Origin: an uncultured Candidatus Saccharibacteria bacterium
Lineage (GTDB): Bacteria > Patescibacteriota > Minisyncoccia > Phycocordibacterales > CAIZLB01
DNA: 33,440 nt
Direction of reading: 5' to 3'
NCBI GenBank assembly: GCA_964610005.1
Contig: CAZSTO010000001.1
Location: 1-33,440 of the forward strand
The notes under the pieces were generated by a model. That model was not told the DNA's origin and did no database searches. It was given only the letters and a program-made list of their open reading frames with translations. The position numbers and the translations under genes are program-made. This document shows, one piece after another, positions 1 to 8,572 of the stretch. The stretch's first letter is position 1. Every line of letters begins with the position of its first letter.

Positions 1-2
1 AA

Positions 3-275
3 GATAATGGTGTATTTATTATACCTTATCAATATTGGGATACACTATATTCAAGATATGCTATATCAGATAAAAAAGATTTATGAGAATTTACACTCTA
101 TAATAAATTAAAAGATATAGTTAATACATTAGATTTGAATTGATATTATAAATTATATCAAGATATTTCTTGAAAATATAATAATAGATTTAAACAAACT
201 AGAATACTTAAATTCTTATGACAAACTAGATTTAATATAAGAATACAAGAAAAACTAGAAGATATTATTTATTAA
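3..275 (+). CDS. 3' part of an unidentified ORF that is open only if TGA is sense; alternatively a decayed pseudogene
   Basis: Frame 3 has no TAA or TAG across 90 codons of very AT-rich DNA. It has four in-frame TGA (84-86, 141-143, 171-173, 219-221). It ends at TAA 273-275 and is followed by a hairpin terminator. No family recognised. Confidence 0.45.
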
Positions 276-285
276 TATTTTATAT

Positions 286-313
286 TTGACAAATCCTTTC
301 TTATAGATATATT
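286..313 (+). promoter_or_regulatory. Possible sigma70-type promoter for the sigma factor gene
   Basis: TTGACA (286-291), 16-nt spacer, TATATT (308-313). It overlaps the upstream terminator hairpin. Confidence 0.3.
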
Positions 314-340
314 CTCTATACGAAAGGATTTTATTTTATT
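291..340 (+). terminator. Intrinsic terminator after the first ORF
   Basis: 10-bp stem aaatcctttc (291-300) / gaaaggattt (322-331) with inner tataga/tctata pairing, followed by a T-rich tract. Confidence 0.6.
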
Positions 341-356
341 TATTAACTATTAACTT

Positions 357-800
357 ATGGATAAAACATATATTCCAAATGAATTACAATTTAAACTTAA
401 TTCAGATTTAACTAAACATCTTGAAGATTCTATAAATAAAGATTATGAGATCGATTTCAATCACAAGGCTTATTTATTTAAGACCATAAGAAATACAATC
501 ATAGATCATTATAGAAAAAAACATACACAATCTTTAGATGATTTATTGGATGCGGGGTATGAATATTCTTCTGATGAAGACATTACTCATAACACTGCAA
601 CTGATATTGATTACAAAAAGATATTGGAGACTATAAAGACTTTAGATTCAGATTCTCAAGAGTTAATATTCATGAGGTTTATAGAGGGTTTAAGTATACC
701 TGATATAGCTGAAGTTACTGGTCAAAAAGAAAATACTGTGTCAGTTAAAGTTCATCGTGTATTAGATAAAATAAGACAAAAATATGAAAGACAGACTTAA
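357..800 (+). CDS. Sigma-70 family (ECF-like) RNA polymerase sigma factor
   Basis: Region 2-like AYLFKTIRNTIIDHYRKK and region 4 HTH LSIPDIAEVTGQKENTVSVKVHRVLDKIR. 147 aa. Confidence 0.75.
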   Translation: MDKTYIPNELQFKLNSDLTKHLEDSINKDYEIDFNHKAYLFKTIRNTIIDHYRKKHTQSLDDLLDAGYEYSSDEDITHNTATDIDYKKILETIKTLDSDSQELIFMRFIEGLSIPDIAEVTGQKENTVSVKVHRVLDKIRQKYERQT

Positions 801-1647
801 CGACAATCAAATAGAATCTGTTCTAAGTTCATTAAAGATTAATGAATCAGAGTCTTTGTCATTCATGGAAAAACAAAATGTCTTAAACTCTATTTTTGAA
901 AGGTCTGAAAGTGGTATTAAAAAGGAATCTATTAAAACACCTTTTTATTCTTATACAGATTATTTTGTTCAATATTTAAAATATTCAATCCCTGTTATAT
1001 TATTGGCTGTCATAGGTACTCAATTATTTGATGTATTCACACATAAATCTCAATTAGCAATATCTGATATAAATCATGCCAGAGAAACTCTAGATGACTT
1101 AAAAAGAGATAATTCTATAAAAGCTAATCTATCTAAGAACAGAGAAGATATACAACAACTTAAACAGACTCTAGCTTTGAATGATACTACAAAGAAACAA
1201 ATATTAGTAAATCAAGTTTCAAATAGATCTAAAGAGATTAGAAATCAAGTTGCAGCTTTAGTGAGTGAGAATAAGTTAACTGAAGCAAGAAAAATAGCTC
1301 TAGATTTAGAGACAGCTTTAAAAGCAGATGAATTGTATACAGTATCAACCAGTGTTGAACAGGAGGTATTTGAAGCTATAGATTTAAGGGTTGGTATAGA
1401 GAAAAAAGAGTCAGATGCGATATCTTCCAGTACAGAAGCAGATGTGTTAAAGCGCATCTCAGATTCTAAAAAAGAGATTGAAAGTTTTGAGGACAATGCT
1501 TCTACTACAGATATGATAGTTGATGCTAAAAAAGCACTAGATAATGCAGATAAATATGCAAAAGATAAAGATTTATCAAACGCTATTATATCACTACAAT
1601 TGTATGACCGTATAGTTGCGGAATTGAAGTTGATTCTGATACCATAA
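784..1647 (+). CDS. Membrane-anchored coiled-coil protein, possible anti-sigma factor
   Basis: Its start overlaps the sigma gene stop by 17 nt. It has one TM segment (IPVILLAVIGTQLF) and a long charged helical region. The function is inferred from position only. Confidence 0.4.
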   Translation: MKDRLNDNQIESVLSSLKINESESLSFMEKQNVLNSIFERSESGIKKESIKTPFYSYTDYFVQYLKYSIPVILLAVIGTQLFDVFTHKSQLAISDINHARETLDDLKRDNSIKANLSKNREDIQQLKQTLALNDTTKKQILVNQVSNRSKEIRNQVAALVSENKLTEARKIALDLETALKADELYTVSTSVEQEVFEAIDLRVGIEKKESDAISSSTEADVLKRISDSKKEIESFEDNASTTDMIVDAKKALDNADKYAKDKDLSNAIISLQLYDRIVAELKLILIP

Positions 1648-1651
1648 TTAT

Positions 1652-1915
1652 ATGGCATTCTTTAAAGATTTTTTAACAAAACAATTATTAAAAAAACAAT
1701 TAAAAGGAGTTTCTCCTGAAGAACAAGAAAAGATCATGACTCTAATAAACAGAGATCCTGAGTTTTTTCATCGTATAGGAGATGAGATACAAACAGAGAT
1801 TAAAAAAGGTAAGGGGCAAATGGAGGCTACTATGCATGTTATGAAGAGTCATAAAGATCATCTCGCAAAGCTGATAAGTGATTCTGGATTAGATTTAAAT
1901 AATATAAAGAGATAA
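1652..1915 (+). CDS. Small hypothetical protein
   Basis: 87-aa ORF packed tightly behind the previous gene. No motif recognised. Confidence 0.5.
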   Translation: MAFFKDFLTKQLLKKQLKGVSPEEQEKIMTLINRDPEFFHRIGDEIQTEIKKGKGQMEATMHVMKSHKDHLAKLISDSGLDLNNIKR

Positions 1916-1929
1916 TTTTTTAATATTAT

Positions 1930-1938
1930 TGTATAATA
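1930..1938 (+). promoter_or_regulatory. Extended -10 box 6 nt before the ftsE ATG (leaderless-type)
   Basis: TG-t-ATAATA, then gataat, then ATG at 1945. Confidence 0.45.
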
Positions 1939-1944
1939 GATAAT

Positions 1945-2625
1945 ATGCTTAAATTTAATAAAGTAACAAAACTTTATCACACTGGTGATACAGCTCTGAA
2001 GGATATAGACTTACACATTAAACCAAAAGAATTTGTTTCTATAGTAGGACATTCTGGTGCTGGTAAAACTACATTATTAAAACTTATTTTAGGTGAGGAA
2101 CAACCTACATATGGATCTGTGACTTTTGAGGATATGGATATACATACTCTGAGAAAAAATCACATAAATCATTATAGAAGAAGAGTGGGAACTGTGTTTC
2201 AGGATTTTAGATTATTACCTGATAAAACAGCTTATGAAAATGTGGCTTTTGCTATGGAGGCCGCCGGTAGAACAGATGAGGAAATATTAAATGATGTACC
2301 TCATGCACTTGATTTGGTGGGCTTAAAGCATAAGATGCATAATTTTCCCGATGAACTTTCTGGAGGAGAGAAACAGAGGGTTGCTATTGCTCGTGCTATT
2401 GTCAATCAACCTGATATGATTATTGCTGATGAGCCTACAGGTAATCTTGATCCTGTAAATACTTATGAAATTATACAATTACTTAGGAAGATTAATGATT
2501 TAGGAACAACTATCATATTAACCACTCATAATGTCGGAGTTATAGATAATCTTTCTCGTCGTGTTGTAACCATGAAAGATGGGCAAGTTGCGATGGACAG
2601 TCATGAAGGTAAATATATATTATAA
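1945..2625 (+). CDS. ftsE: Cell division ABC ATPase FtsE
   Basis: Walker A GHSGAGKTT, signature LSGGEKQRVAIARA, Walker B MIIADEPT. Followed by ftsX. Confidence 0.9.
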   Translation: MLKFNKVTKLYHTGDTALKDIDLHIKPKEFVSIVGHSGAGKTTLLKLILGEEQPTYGSVTFEDMDIHTLRKNHINHYRRRVGTVFQDFRLLPDKTAYENVAFAMEAAGRTDEEILNDVPHALDLVGLKHKMHNFPDELSGGEKQRVAIARAIVNQPDMIIADEPTGNLDPVNTYEIIQLLRKINDLGTTIILTTHNVGVIDNLSRRVVTMKDGQVAMDSHEGKYIL

Positions 2626-2658
2626 TATTCATATAACTTTAAAACATTAAATAATCAA

Positions 2659-3585
2659 ATGATACTTACAAAATTAAAAAGAACAATAAAATCAGGGGCT
2701 ATAAGTTTTTGGCGTAATGGATCAGTTTCATTGGCCTCAGTTTTGATACTAACAGTTACATTAACTGTTATATCTATGGTTTTATTTTCTGGGGTGGTAT
2801 TATCTTCAACTCTAGAGACTATTAAAAATAAGGTTGATATAGATATTTATTTTGTTAATGGGGCAACTGAGGAATCAATATTGTCATTTGCAAATGAAGT
2901 AAAGCAAAATCAGGATATAGCCGAAGTCAAATATATTTCCAAAGATCAGGCATATCAGACTTTTAGAGAAAGACATAAAGATGAGGCCTCAACTATACAA
3001 GCTTTAGATGAGATAGGGGAAAATCCTCTTCCTGCAAGTATTAATATAAAGGCAAAAGATCCGAATAAATATGAAGGTATAGTGACTTATTTGAAGGACA
3101 AACAAAAAGAACCATCTGCTAATAATATAATTGATAAGATTAATTATACAGAAAAGAATCAACAGGCTATAGCTTCTCTAAATAGAATAATTAATGCATC
3201 AAACAAATTAGGTGTTTTGATAGCTATATTCTTTGCTATAGTTTCTATTTTGATAACATTTAATACTATCAGATTGGCTATATATATATTCCGTGAAGAG
3301 ATATCTGTGATGAGATTGGTTGGCGCCAGTGAGATATACATTAGAGCGCCATTTGTTACTGTAGGTATATTATATGGTGTGGTTTCGGCCATTGTGACAA
3401 CGATAATATTATTACCTATAACTCATTATGCAGGTAATTGGACTGAAAAACTTGGCACAGGAGTAAATCTGTTTACATATTATCAGGATAACCTAGGTTT
3501 TATTATCTTTTCTTTGGTTTTGGCAGGATCAGCTTTAGGTTCTGTATCAGCTTTCTTTGCCATCAAAAAATATCTAAAAGTCTAA
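2659..3585 (+). CDS. ftsX: Cell division permease-like protein FtsX
   Basis: N-terminal TM segment, large extracytoplasmic loop and three C-terminal TM segments, directly downstream of ftsE. Confidence 0.85.
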   Translation: MILTKLKRTIKSGAISFWRNGSVSLASVLILTVTLTVISMVLFSGVVLSSTLETIKNKVDIDIYFVNGATEESILSFANEVKQNQDIAEVKYISKDQAYQTFRERHKDEASTIQALDEIGENPLPASINIKAKDPNKYEGIVTYLKDKQKEPSANNIIDKINYTEKNQQAIASLNRIINASNKLGVLIAIFFAIVSILITFNTIRLAIYIFREEISVMRLVGASEIYIRAPFVTVGILYGVVSAIVTTIILLPITHYAGNWTEKLGTGVNLFTYYQDNLGFIIFSLVLAGSALGSVSAFFAIKKYLKV

Positions 3586-3596
3586 GACTGTAAAAT

Positions 3597-3630
3597 AAAA
3601 ATCCCGGTCCTTAAAAGGTCCGGGTTTTTT
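3597..3630. terminator. Bidirectional intrinsic terminator
   Basis: cccggtcc (3603-3610) / ggtccggg (3617-3624) stem with one mismatch, flanked by an A-run (3597-3601) and a T-run (3625-3630). It lies between the convergent ftsX and small lipoprotein ORF. Confidence 0.7.
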
Positions 3631-3652
3631 GATACCTTTGACGGTATAGGGT

Positions 3653-3820
3653 TTACCAACCGTTTTCTGGTTTGGGTATCTCTTGCCCATAGAATCCGTC
3701 ATCACCGTCCTGTGTCTTTGTGGAGGTACTAACAAAATGGACTCTGATCTCAAGAGGTACACATCCCTGGAGTAGAATGATCATGGTTAACACGAGGGCG
3801 GAGTATAAGAGGCTTTTCAT
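3653..3820 (-). CDS. Small (55 aa) predicted lipoprotein
   Basis: MKSLLYSALVLTMIILLQGC has signal-peptide features and a lipobox (L-Q-G-C). Start is taken at the internal ATG of ORF 3653..3841. G+C is visibly above the surroundings. Confidence 0.5.
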   Translation of the reverse strand: MKSLLYSALVLTMIILLQGCVPLEIRVHFVSTSTKTQDGDDGFYGQEIPKPENGW

Positions 3821-3829
3821 ACATATATA

Positions 3830-3857
3830 ACTATACAACATATAATAGATACATCAA
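3830..3857 (-). promoter_or_regulatory. Possible promoter of the small lipoprotein gene
   Basis: On the minus strand: TTGATG (3857-3852), 16 nt, TATAGT (3835-3830). The ATG at 3820 follows within about 10 nt. Confidence 0.35.
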
Positions 3858-3911
3858 GTATAAATAAATCACAGAAAATAAAAAATAGACATATCACTAT
3901 GGGCTAAATCA

Positions 3912-3920
3912 TGTCATAAT
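3912..3920 (+). promoter_or_regulatory. Extended -10 box 6 nt before the aldolase ATG (leaderless-type)
   Basis: TG-t-CATAAT, then atttct, then ATG at 3927. Confidence 0.5.
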
Positions 3921-3926
3921 ATTTCT

Positions 3927-4964
3927 ATGCAAGAGACTATTCAAAAAATATTTGCGACATATAAAGGTGTGTTGGCCGCCGATGAATCAGGAAAATCAAT
4001 TAATAAAAGATTTGAAGATTTAAATATTCCACAGACAATAGAAAATCATTTGGCCTTTAGAAAAATATTATTGGAGACATCTAACTTAAATAAATATATA
4101 AGTGGCGTTATCTTTCATGATGAGACTTTTAAGCAAGAGATTGTACCTGGAAAAACTTTTGTTCAATATTGTTCTGAACAGGGTATTGTTTCTGGTATAA
4201 AAGTTGATGAAGGGTTAACTGATATACCAAATTTTCCCGGTGAAAAAATTACCTTGGGTATAGATGATTTGCGTCCTCGTTTGAAAGAGTATTATGATCT
4301 AGGTGCTAGATTCTGTAAGTGGCGTTCTGTGATAGATGTAAAGCACACTACGGATGAGATATTAGATGTTAATATTAAGAATTTAGCCTTATATGCATCT
4401 TTAGCTGAAGAAGCGGGCATAGTGCCAATAATAGAGCCTGAAGTCTTATATGATGGCGAGCACACCATAGAGGAATGTCATGAGAAGATGTCATACGTTT
4501 TCGATATATTATTCAAAGAATTATCAGAATATAAAGTTGATATAAAAAATGTCATATTGAAAACAGCCATGGTTTTATCAGGTAAACAATTAGATCATAA
4601 GGCAGATTCAGATACCATAGCCAAGCTTACATCAGAGATTTTAAAAAATAAAGTACCAGGCAATATAGGCGGGGTTGTGTTTTTGTCGGGAGGGCAAACT
4701 CCTGTAGAAGCGACTCTGAATCTAAACAATATCATGAAAAACGGTCCTTATAATTTTCCTTTAACTTATTCATATTCTAGAGCATTGCAAGATCCTGTAT
4801 TGAAATCTTTTGCAGAAAATCCATCAGATATTGATAAAATACAATCTATATTTATAGATAGATTGGAGATGAACACTTTGGCCTTAAAAGGTGAATATGG
4901 TTTATCTAATGAGACAGGTCTATCATCAAACATTAATCAAGTAACACATAGTCAAGATTTATAA
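3927..4964 (+). CDS. fba: Fructose-bisphosphate aldolase, class I
   Basis: ADESGKSINKRF, KVDEG, ILKTAMV and VFLSGGQ resemble class I (Schiff-base) aldolase signatures. Confidence 0.85.
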   Translation: MQETIQKIFATYKGVLAADESGKSINKRFEDLNIPQTIENHLAFRKILLETSNLNKYISGVIFHDETFKQEIVPGKTFVQYCSEQGIVSGIKVDEGLTDIPNFPGEKITLGIDDLRPRLKEYYDLGARFCKWRSVIDVKHTTDEILDVNIKNLALYASLAEEAGIVPIIEPEVLYDGEHTIEECHEKMSYVFDILFKELSEYKVDIKNVILKTAMVLSGKQLDHKADSDTIAKLTSEILKNKVPGNIGGVVFLSGGQTPVEATLNLNNIMKNGPYNFPLTYSYSRALQDPVLKSFAENPSDIDKIQSIFIDRLEMNTLALKGEYGLSNETGLSSNINQVTHSQDL

Positions 4965-4968
4965 TAAT

Positions 4969-6123
4969 ATGTTGACATTTATATTAATAATACAAAGTTT
5001 ACTTATATTGGGTCTAATAGCGGCCATTTTGACCAAGAAAAGTGATAATAATTTAGAAAAACTTATAAGAGATGAGATATCTAGATCTCGTATGGAAAAT
5101 AGTTCTGGACAAAAAGAAATACGAGAAGAATTAAGTAATACTTTAAATAATAATTTTCAAAATATAACTCAAGTTGTTGAAGGTCGTCTAGGTATCTTAC
5201 AAAAAGATAATTCTGAAAAGCTTGAAAGAATGCGTGAGACCGTTGATGAAAAATTGCATGCTACCTTAGAGAGACGTTTCGGGGAATCATTTAAACTTGT
5301 TTCTGATAGACTTGAGCTTGTTCATAAAGGTCTTGGTGAAATGCAAGCTGTAGCAACAGGGGTGGGTGATTTGAAGAAGATTTTATCAAATGTTAAAACA
5401 CGTGGTACCTGGGGTGAGGTTCAGCTTGGTAATCTGATCGAAGAAATATTTACTCCGGATCAATATGAAAAAAATGTTAAGACTAAAAAAGGTTCAGCTG
5501 ATAATGTTGAATATGCTATAAAATTACCTGGGAATGATGATATTAAAAATATATGGTTGCCTATAGATGCTAAATTTCCATTAGAAGATTATCAAAGGCT
5601 TGTAGAAGCTAGGGACAACGGTATGGAAGATGTTTCTGTGGTATATAAAAACTTAGAAAATAGAATAAAATCAGAAGCAAAAGATATAAAAAATAAATAT
5701 ATAGATGTTCCATATACAACTGATTTCGGTATATTATTTTTACCAATAGAGAGTTTGTATGCTGAAGTTTTACGTATTCCTGGATTATTTGAATTTATAA
5801 GAAGGGAATATAAAGTTATAGTGACTGGTCCAACAACCATACAGGCTATATTAAATAGTTTACAAATGGGCTTTAAAACACTTTCTATACAAAAACGATC
5901 TTCAGAGGTATGGGAGATATTAGGTGTGGTCAAAAAAGAGTTTGGAAATTTTGGTCTATTACTTGAAAAAACCCATAAGAAGATACAAGAGGCTGGAAAT
6001 ACCATAGAGACAGCTTTAAGTAAAAACAGAAATATAGAAAAGAAATTAAATAAGGTAACAGATAGTCCTCTGTTGTCCGAAGGTGAGAAAGTTGACGATG
6101 TTCTAGAGATAGAAACAGAATAA
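4969..6123 (+). CDS. rmuC: DNA recombination protein RmuC
   Basis: N-terminal TM segment, long coiled coil, then RGTWGEVQLGNLIEE ... DAKFPLEDY, typical of the RmuC family. Confidence 0.85.
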   Translation: MLTFILIIQSLLILGLIAAILTKKSDNNLEKLIRDEISRSRMENSSGQKEIREELSNTLNNNFQNITQVVEGRLGILQKDNSEKLERMRETVDEKLHATLERRFGESFKLVSDRLELVHKGLGEMQAVATGVGDLKKILSNVKTRGTWGEVQLGNLIEEIFTPDQYEKNVKTKKGSADNVEYAIKLPGNDDIKNIWLPIDAKFPLEDYQRLVEARDNGMEDVSVVYKNLENRIKSEAKDIKNKYIDVPYTTDFGILFLPIESLYAEVLRIPGLFEFIRREYKVIVTGPTTIQAILNSLQMGFKTLSIQKRSSEVWEILGVVKKEFGNFGLLLEKTHKKIQEAGNTIETALSKNRNIEKKLNKVTDSPLLSEGEKVDDVLEIETE

Positions 6124-6132
6124 TGTTATAAT
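6124..6132 (+). promoter_or_regulatory. Extended -10 box 6 nt before ATG 6139
   Basis: TG-t-TATAAT, then tttaat, then ATG. Confidence 0.5.
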
Positions 6133-6138
6133 TTTAAT

Positions 6139-6387
6139 ATGAATTTCATATCTAATAATTCTGATGTATTCTTCTTTGTTACAACAATATTTGTAACCGT
6201 GTTGATTATCATTGCCTTATTTGTATTATCTATAATTTTACGAATTAGGAAATTTATAAAGAAACTGATAGAACAGGGGCAGGATATAATGGATAAAAAT
6301 AAAGATAATAAGGTTTTAAATACCAGTTTATCAATACTTTTGCCTATATTATCTGTTTTTGCAAAAACCAGAAAACACAAAAAATAA
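6139..6387 (+). CDS. Small membrane protein, unknown function
   Basis: 82-aa ORF with hydrophobic segments at both ends and its own -10 box. The opposite-strand ORF 6126..6380 is treated as a shadow ORF. Confidence 0.5.
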   Translation: MNFISNNSDVFFFVTTIFVTVLIIIALFVLSIILRIRKFIKKLIEQGQDIMDKNKDNKVLNTSLSILLPILSVFAKTRKHKK

Positions 6388-6398
6388 TCCTATATTTG

Positions 6399-6407
6399 TG
6401 ATATAAT
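6399..6407 (+). promoter_or_regulatory. Extended -10 box 7 nt before ATG 6415
   Basis: TG-a-TATAAT, then tagattt, then ATG. Confidence 0.5.
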
Positions 6408-6414
6408 TAGATTT

Positions 6415-6825
6415 ATGAAAAAAGTCACAAATACAAAAAAAGATAATAATAAAAATATGGCAATAGCTGCAGGCATAACGGGTCTATTTGCATCAGCATT
6501 ATTAGGAGCCCATTTTCTATTTAATACAGAAAAAGGTAAGAAGAGTTTAAAGCATATAAAAAGTTGGGTATTTAAATTGAAGGGTGAATTATTAGAGAAA
6601 GTAGAGAAGGTTAAAGATATAGACGAAGAGACATATCATAAATTGGTTGATGAATTGACTCAAAAATATCAGAAGGTTAAAGGTATGACAGTTGAGGAGT
6701 TAACAGAGTTAACAAAAGAATTAAAAGCTAATTGGAAAAAAATAAAAGATGAAGCCAAAAAGACAGAATCAGTTAAATCAGCAAAAAGAATCATTAAGAA
6801 AGCCACAAAAAAGACAGTCAAATAA
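6415..6825 (+). CDS. YtxH-like membrane-anchored Lys/Glu-rich protein
   Basis: N-terminal anchor AIAAGITGLFASALLGAHFLF followed by GKKSLKHIK and a helical charged region. The family call is tentative. Confidence 0.45.
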   Translation: MKKVTNTKKDNNKNMAIAAGITGLFASALLGAHFLFNTEKGKKSLKHIKSWVFKLKGELLEKVEKVKDIDEETYHKLVDELTQKYQKVKGMTVEELTELTKELKANWKKIKDEAKKTESVKSAKRIIKKATKKTVK

Positions 6826-7609
6826 TACTTCTTGGGGTAAAGTAGCTAATTGGTATGATGATTATCTTAAAGATGAAGATAATTATCAAAATAAGGTAAT
6901 ATTACCAAATCTTTTAAGACTTTTAGATTTGGATAGTTTATCTGATGATTCTCATGTATTAGATATAGGTTGTGGGCAAGGTTTTTTTATAGATAAGATA
7001 ATAAATAGTACAAATAAATATATAAACATATACGGTTTGGATCTCGGATCTGATCTTATCTCTATAGCTAAAGATAATTTATCAAAATATGACAATGTCG
7101 TTTTAGAGAATGCTGATGCCGCTAATATGAAAAATATTAAATCTGATTCTATTGATCTAGTGTATTCTGTATTAGCTCTACAAAATATGAAAGATTTGGA
7201 TAAGGTTGTGTCTGAGATATCTAGGGTTTTAAAGAATGGAAAAAGAGCTGTCTTGGTTATAAATCATCCATCTTTTCGTATACCGAAAGATAGTGATTGG
7301 TATTTCGATAATACTTTTAGAAGACAGGGTAGGGTTGTTTACAATTATATGAGTGATAAAAAATATGCTATAGATATGAATCCTGGACAAAAGGCTATGT
7401 CTGGTAAAAATGAGCAAACTTTTTCTTTTCATCATCCATTACAATATTTTTCTAAATTGTTTTATAAAAACAACTTAGCTATATTAAAAATAGAGGAGTG
7501 GATGTCTCATAAAAAAAGTCAGCCTGGTCCTAAACAGCAAGCTGAGGATAATGCACGCAAGGAAATACCTATGTTTATGTGTTTAGAATTAATCAATATT
7601 GCCAAATAA
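6749..7609 (+). CDS. Class I SAM-dependent methyltransferase
   Basis: Motif I VLDIGCGQGFF and the downstream acidic motif ILGLDL-like YGLDLG. The only in-frame ATG gives a 77-nt overlap with the previous ORF. Confidence 0.75.
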   Translation: MKPKRQNQLNQQKESLRKPQKRQSNNTSWGKVANWYDDYLKDEDNYQNKVILPNLLRLLDLDSLSDDSHVLDIGCGQGFFIDKIINSTNKYINIYGLDLGSDLISIAKDNLSKYDNVVLENADAANMKNIKSDSIDLVYSVLALQNMKDLDKVVSEISRVLKNGKRAVLVINHPSFRIPKDSDWYFDNTFRRQGRVVYNYMSDKKYAIDMNPGQKAMSGKNEQTFSFHHPLQYFSKLFYKNNLAILKIEEWMSHKKSQPGPKQQAEDNARKEIPMFMCLELINIAK

Positions 7610-7633
7610 CCTAAAAAAGCATATATTTATAAC

Positions 7634-8572
7634 ATGTTCAGGTTAATTCGATATATTGCATTAATACTCTTGATATTGCTGTGTATGTTTTGGCTTGATA
7701 AACATGGTGTAAATGTTCGTCTAGGGTTGGATAGATTAACTAATAATGCTAAATCTTTCTTTGAAAGCATTAAAACCTCACCTAAAGGCGATTCAGGAAA
7801 GATATTTAAAGATATAACTAAACAAGATTTTGTGGGTGATTTGGCCAGTAGTACTCATGCCACTACAGTCAAGTCTTATTTAAATGATTCCAATTATATT
7901 AATATACCAGATGCTAAAATAAGTGTTGATGGTATAATTTACTACACCAACCTAGAGAGAATAAAAGCGGGTTTGTCTCCTTTGGCAAAAAGTTCCGCTT
8001 TAAATAAATCAGCCAACATAAAAGCTGATGATATGTTTACTAATCAATATTTTGAACACGCATCACCTGACGGTAAGACGGCAGCTGATTTAGTTCGTGC
8101 TGTTAATTATAAATTTCAAATAGTTGGAGAGAACTTAGCTTTAGGTGTATTTAATACAGATCAGATGTTGGTGCAAGCCTGGATGAATAGTCCTACTCAT
8201 AGAGCAAATATATTAAACCCTAAATTTACAGAAATAGGTGTAGCTGTTAGTATAGGGGAATATAAAAATCAAAAGCAGTGGATGGCTGTACAGCATTTTG
8301 CTAAACCAATGCCTATATGTGGTAATATAGATGAAGTATTACAGAATAATATAAATTTAGAAAAGACGGCTCTTGAGGTTGAGGAAAGAGAATTGCAGAA
8401 AATGGCTGGAATAATAGAAACAACATCTCCTGAGAATTTAGAGTCAAATTATCTTAATAATTATAATGAAAGAGTTAATAATTATAACAAGAGATTGAAC
8501 GAATTGCGTGACACTATTGAGAAATTTAACAAGACAATAATTGATTATAATAATTGTCTAAAAACTAATTAA
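7634..8572 (+). CDS. CAP/SCP (YkwD-like) domain protein with signal anchor
   Basis: GENLALG ... AWMNSPTHRANILNPKFTEIGVAV is a CAP-domain signature. It has an N-terminal TM segment and a C-terminal coiled coil. Confidence 0.75.
   Translation: MFRLIRYIALILLILLCMFWLDKHGVNVRLGLDRLTNNAKSFFESIKTSPKGDSGKIFKDITKQDFVGDLASSTHATTVKSYLNDSNYINIPDAKISVDGIIYYTNLERIKAGLSPLAKSSALNKSANIKADDMFTNQYFEHASPDGKTAADLVRAVNYKFQIVGENLALGVFNTDQMLVQAWMNSPTHRANILNPKFTEIGVAVSIGEYKNQKQWMAVQHFAKPMPICGNIDEVLQNNINLEKTALEVEERELQKMAGIIETTSPENLESNYLNNYNERVNNYNKRLNELRDTIEKFNKTIIDYNNCLKTN

Noticed and set aside
6749-6825. 77-nt overlap between the YtxH-like ORF and the methyltransferase ORF as a frameshift or fusion
   Set aside because: Both frames are open and end or start cleanly. 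ATG 6749 is the only in-frame start for the methyltransferase. No slippery sequence or disrupted motif is visible, so it is treated as a genuine overlap.
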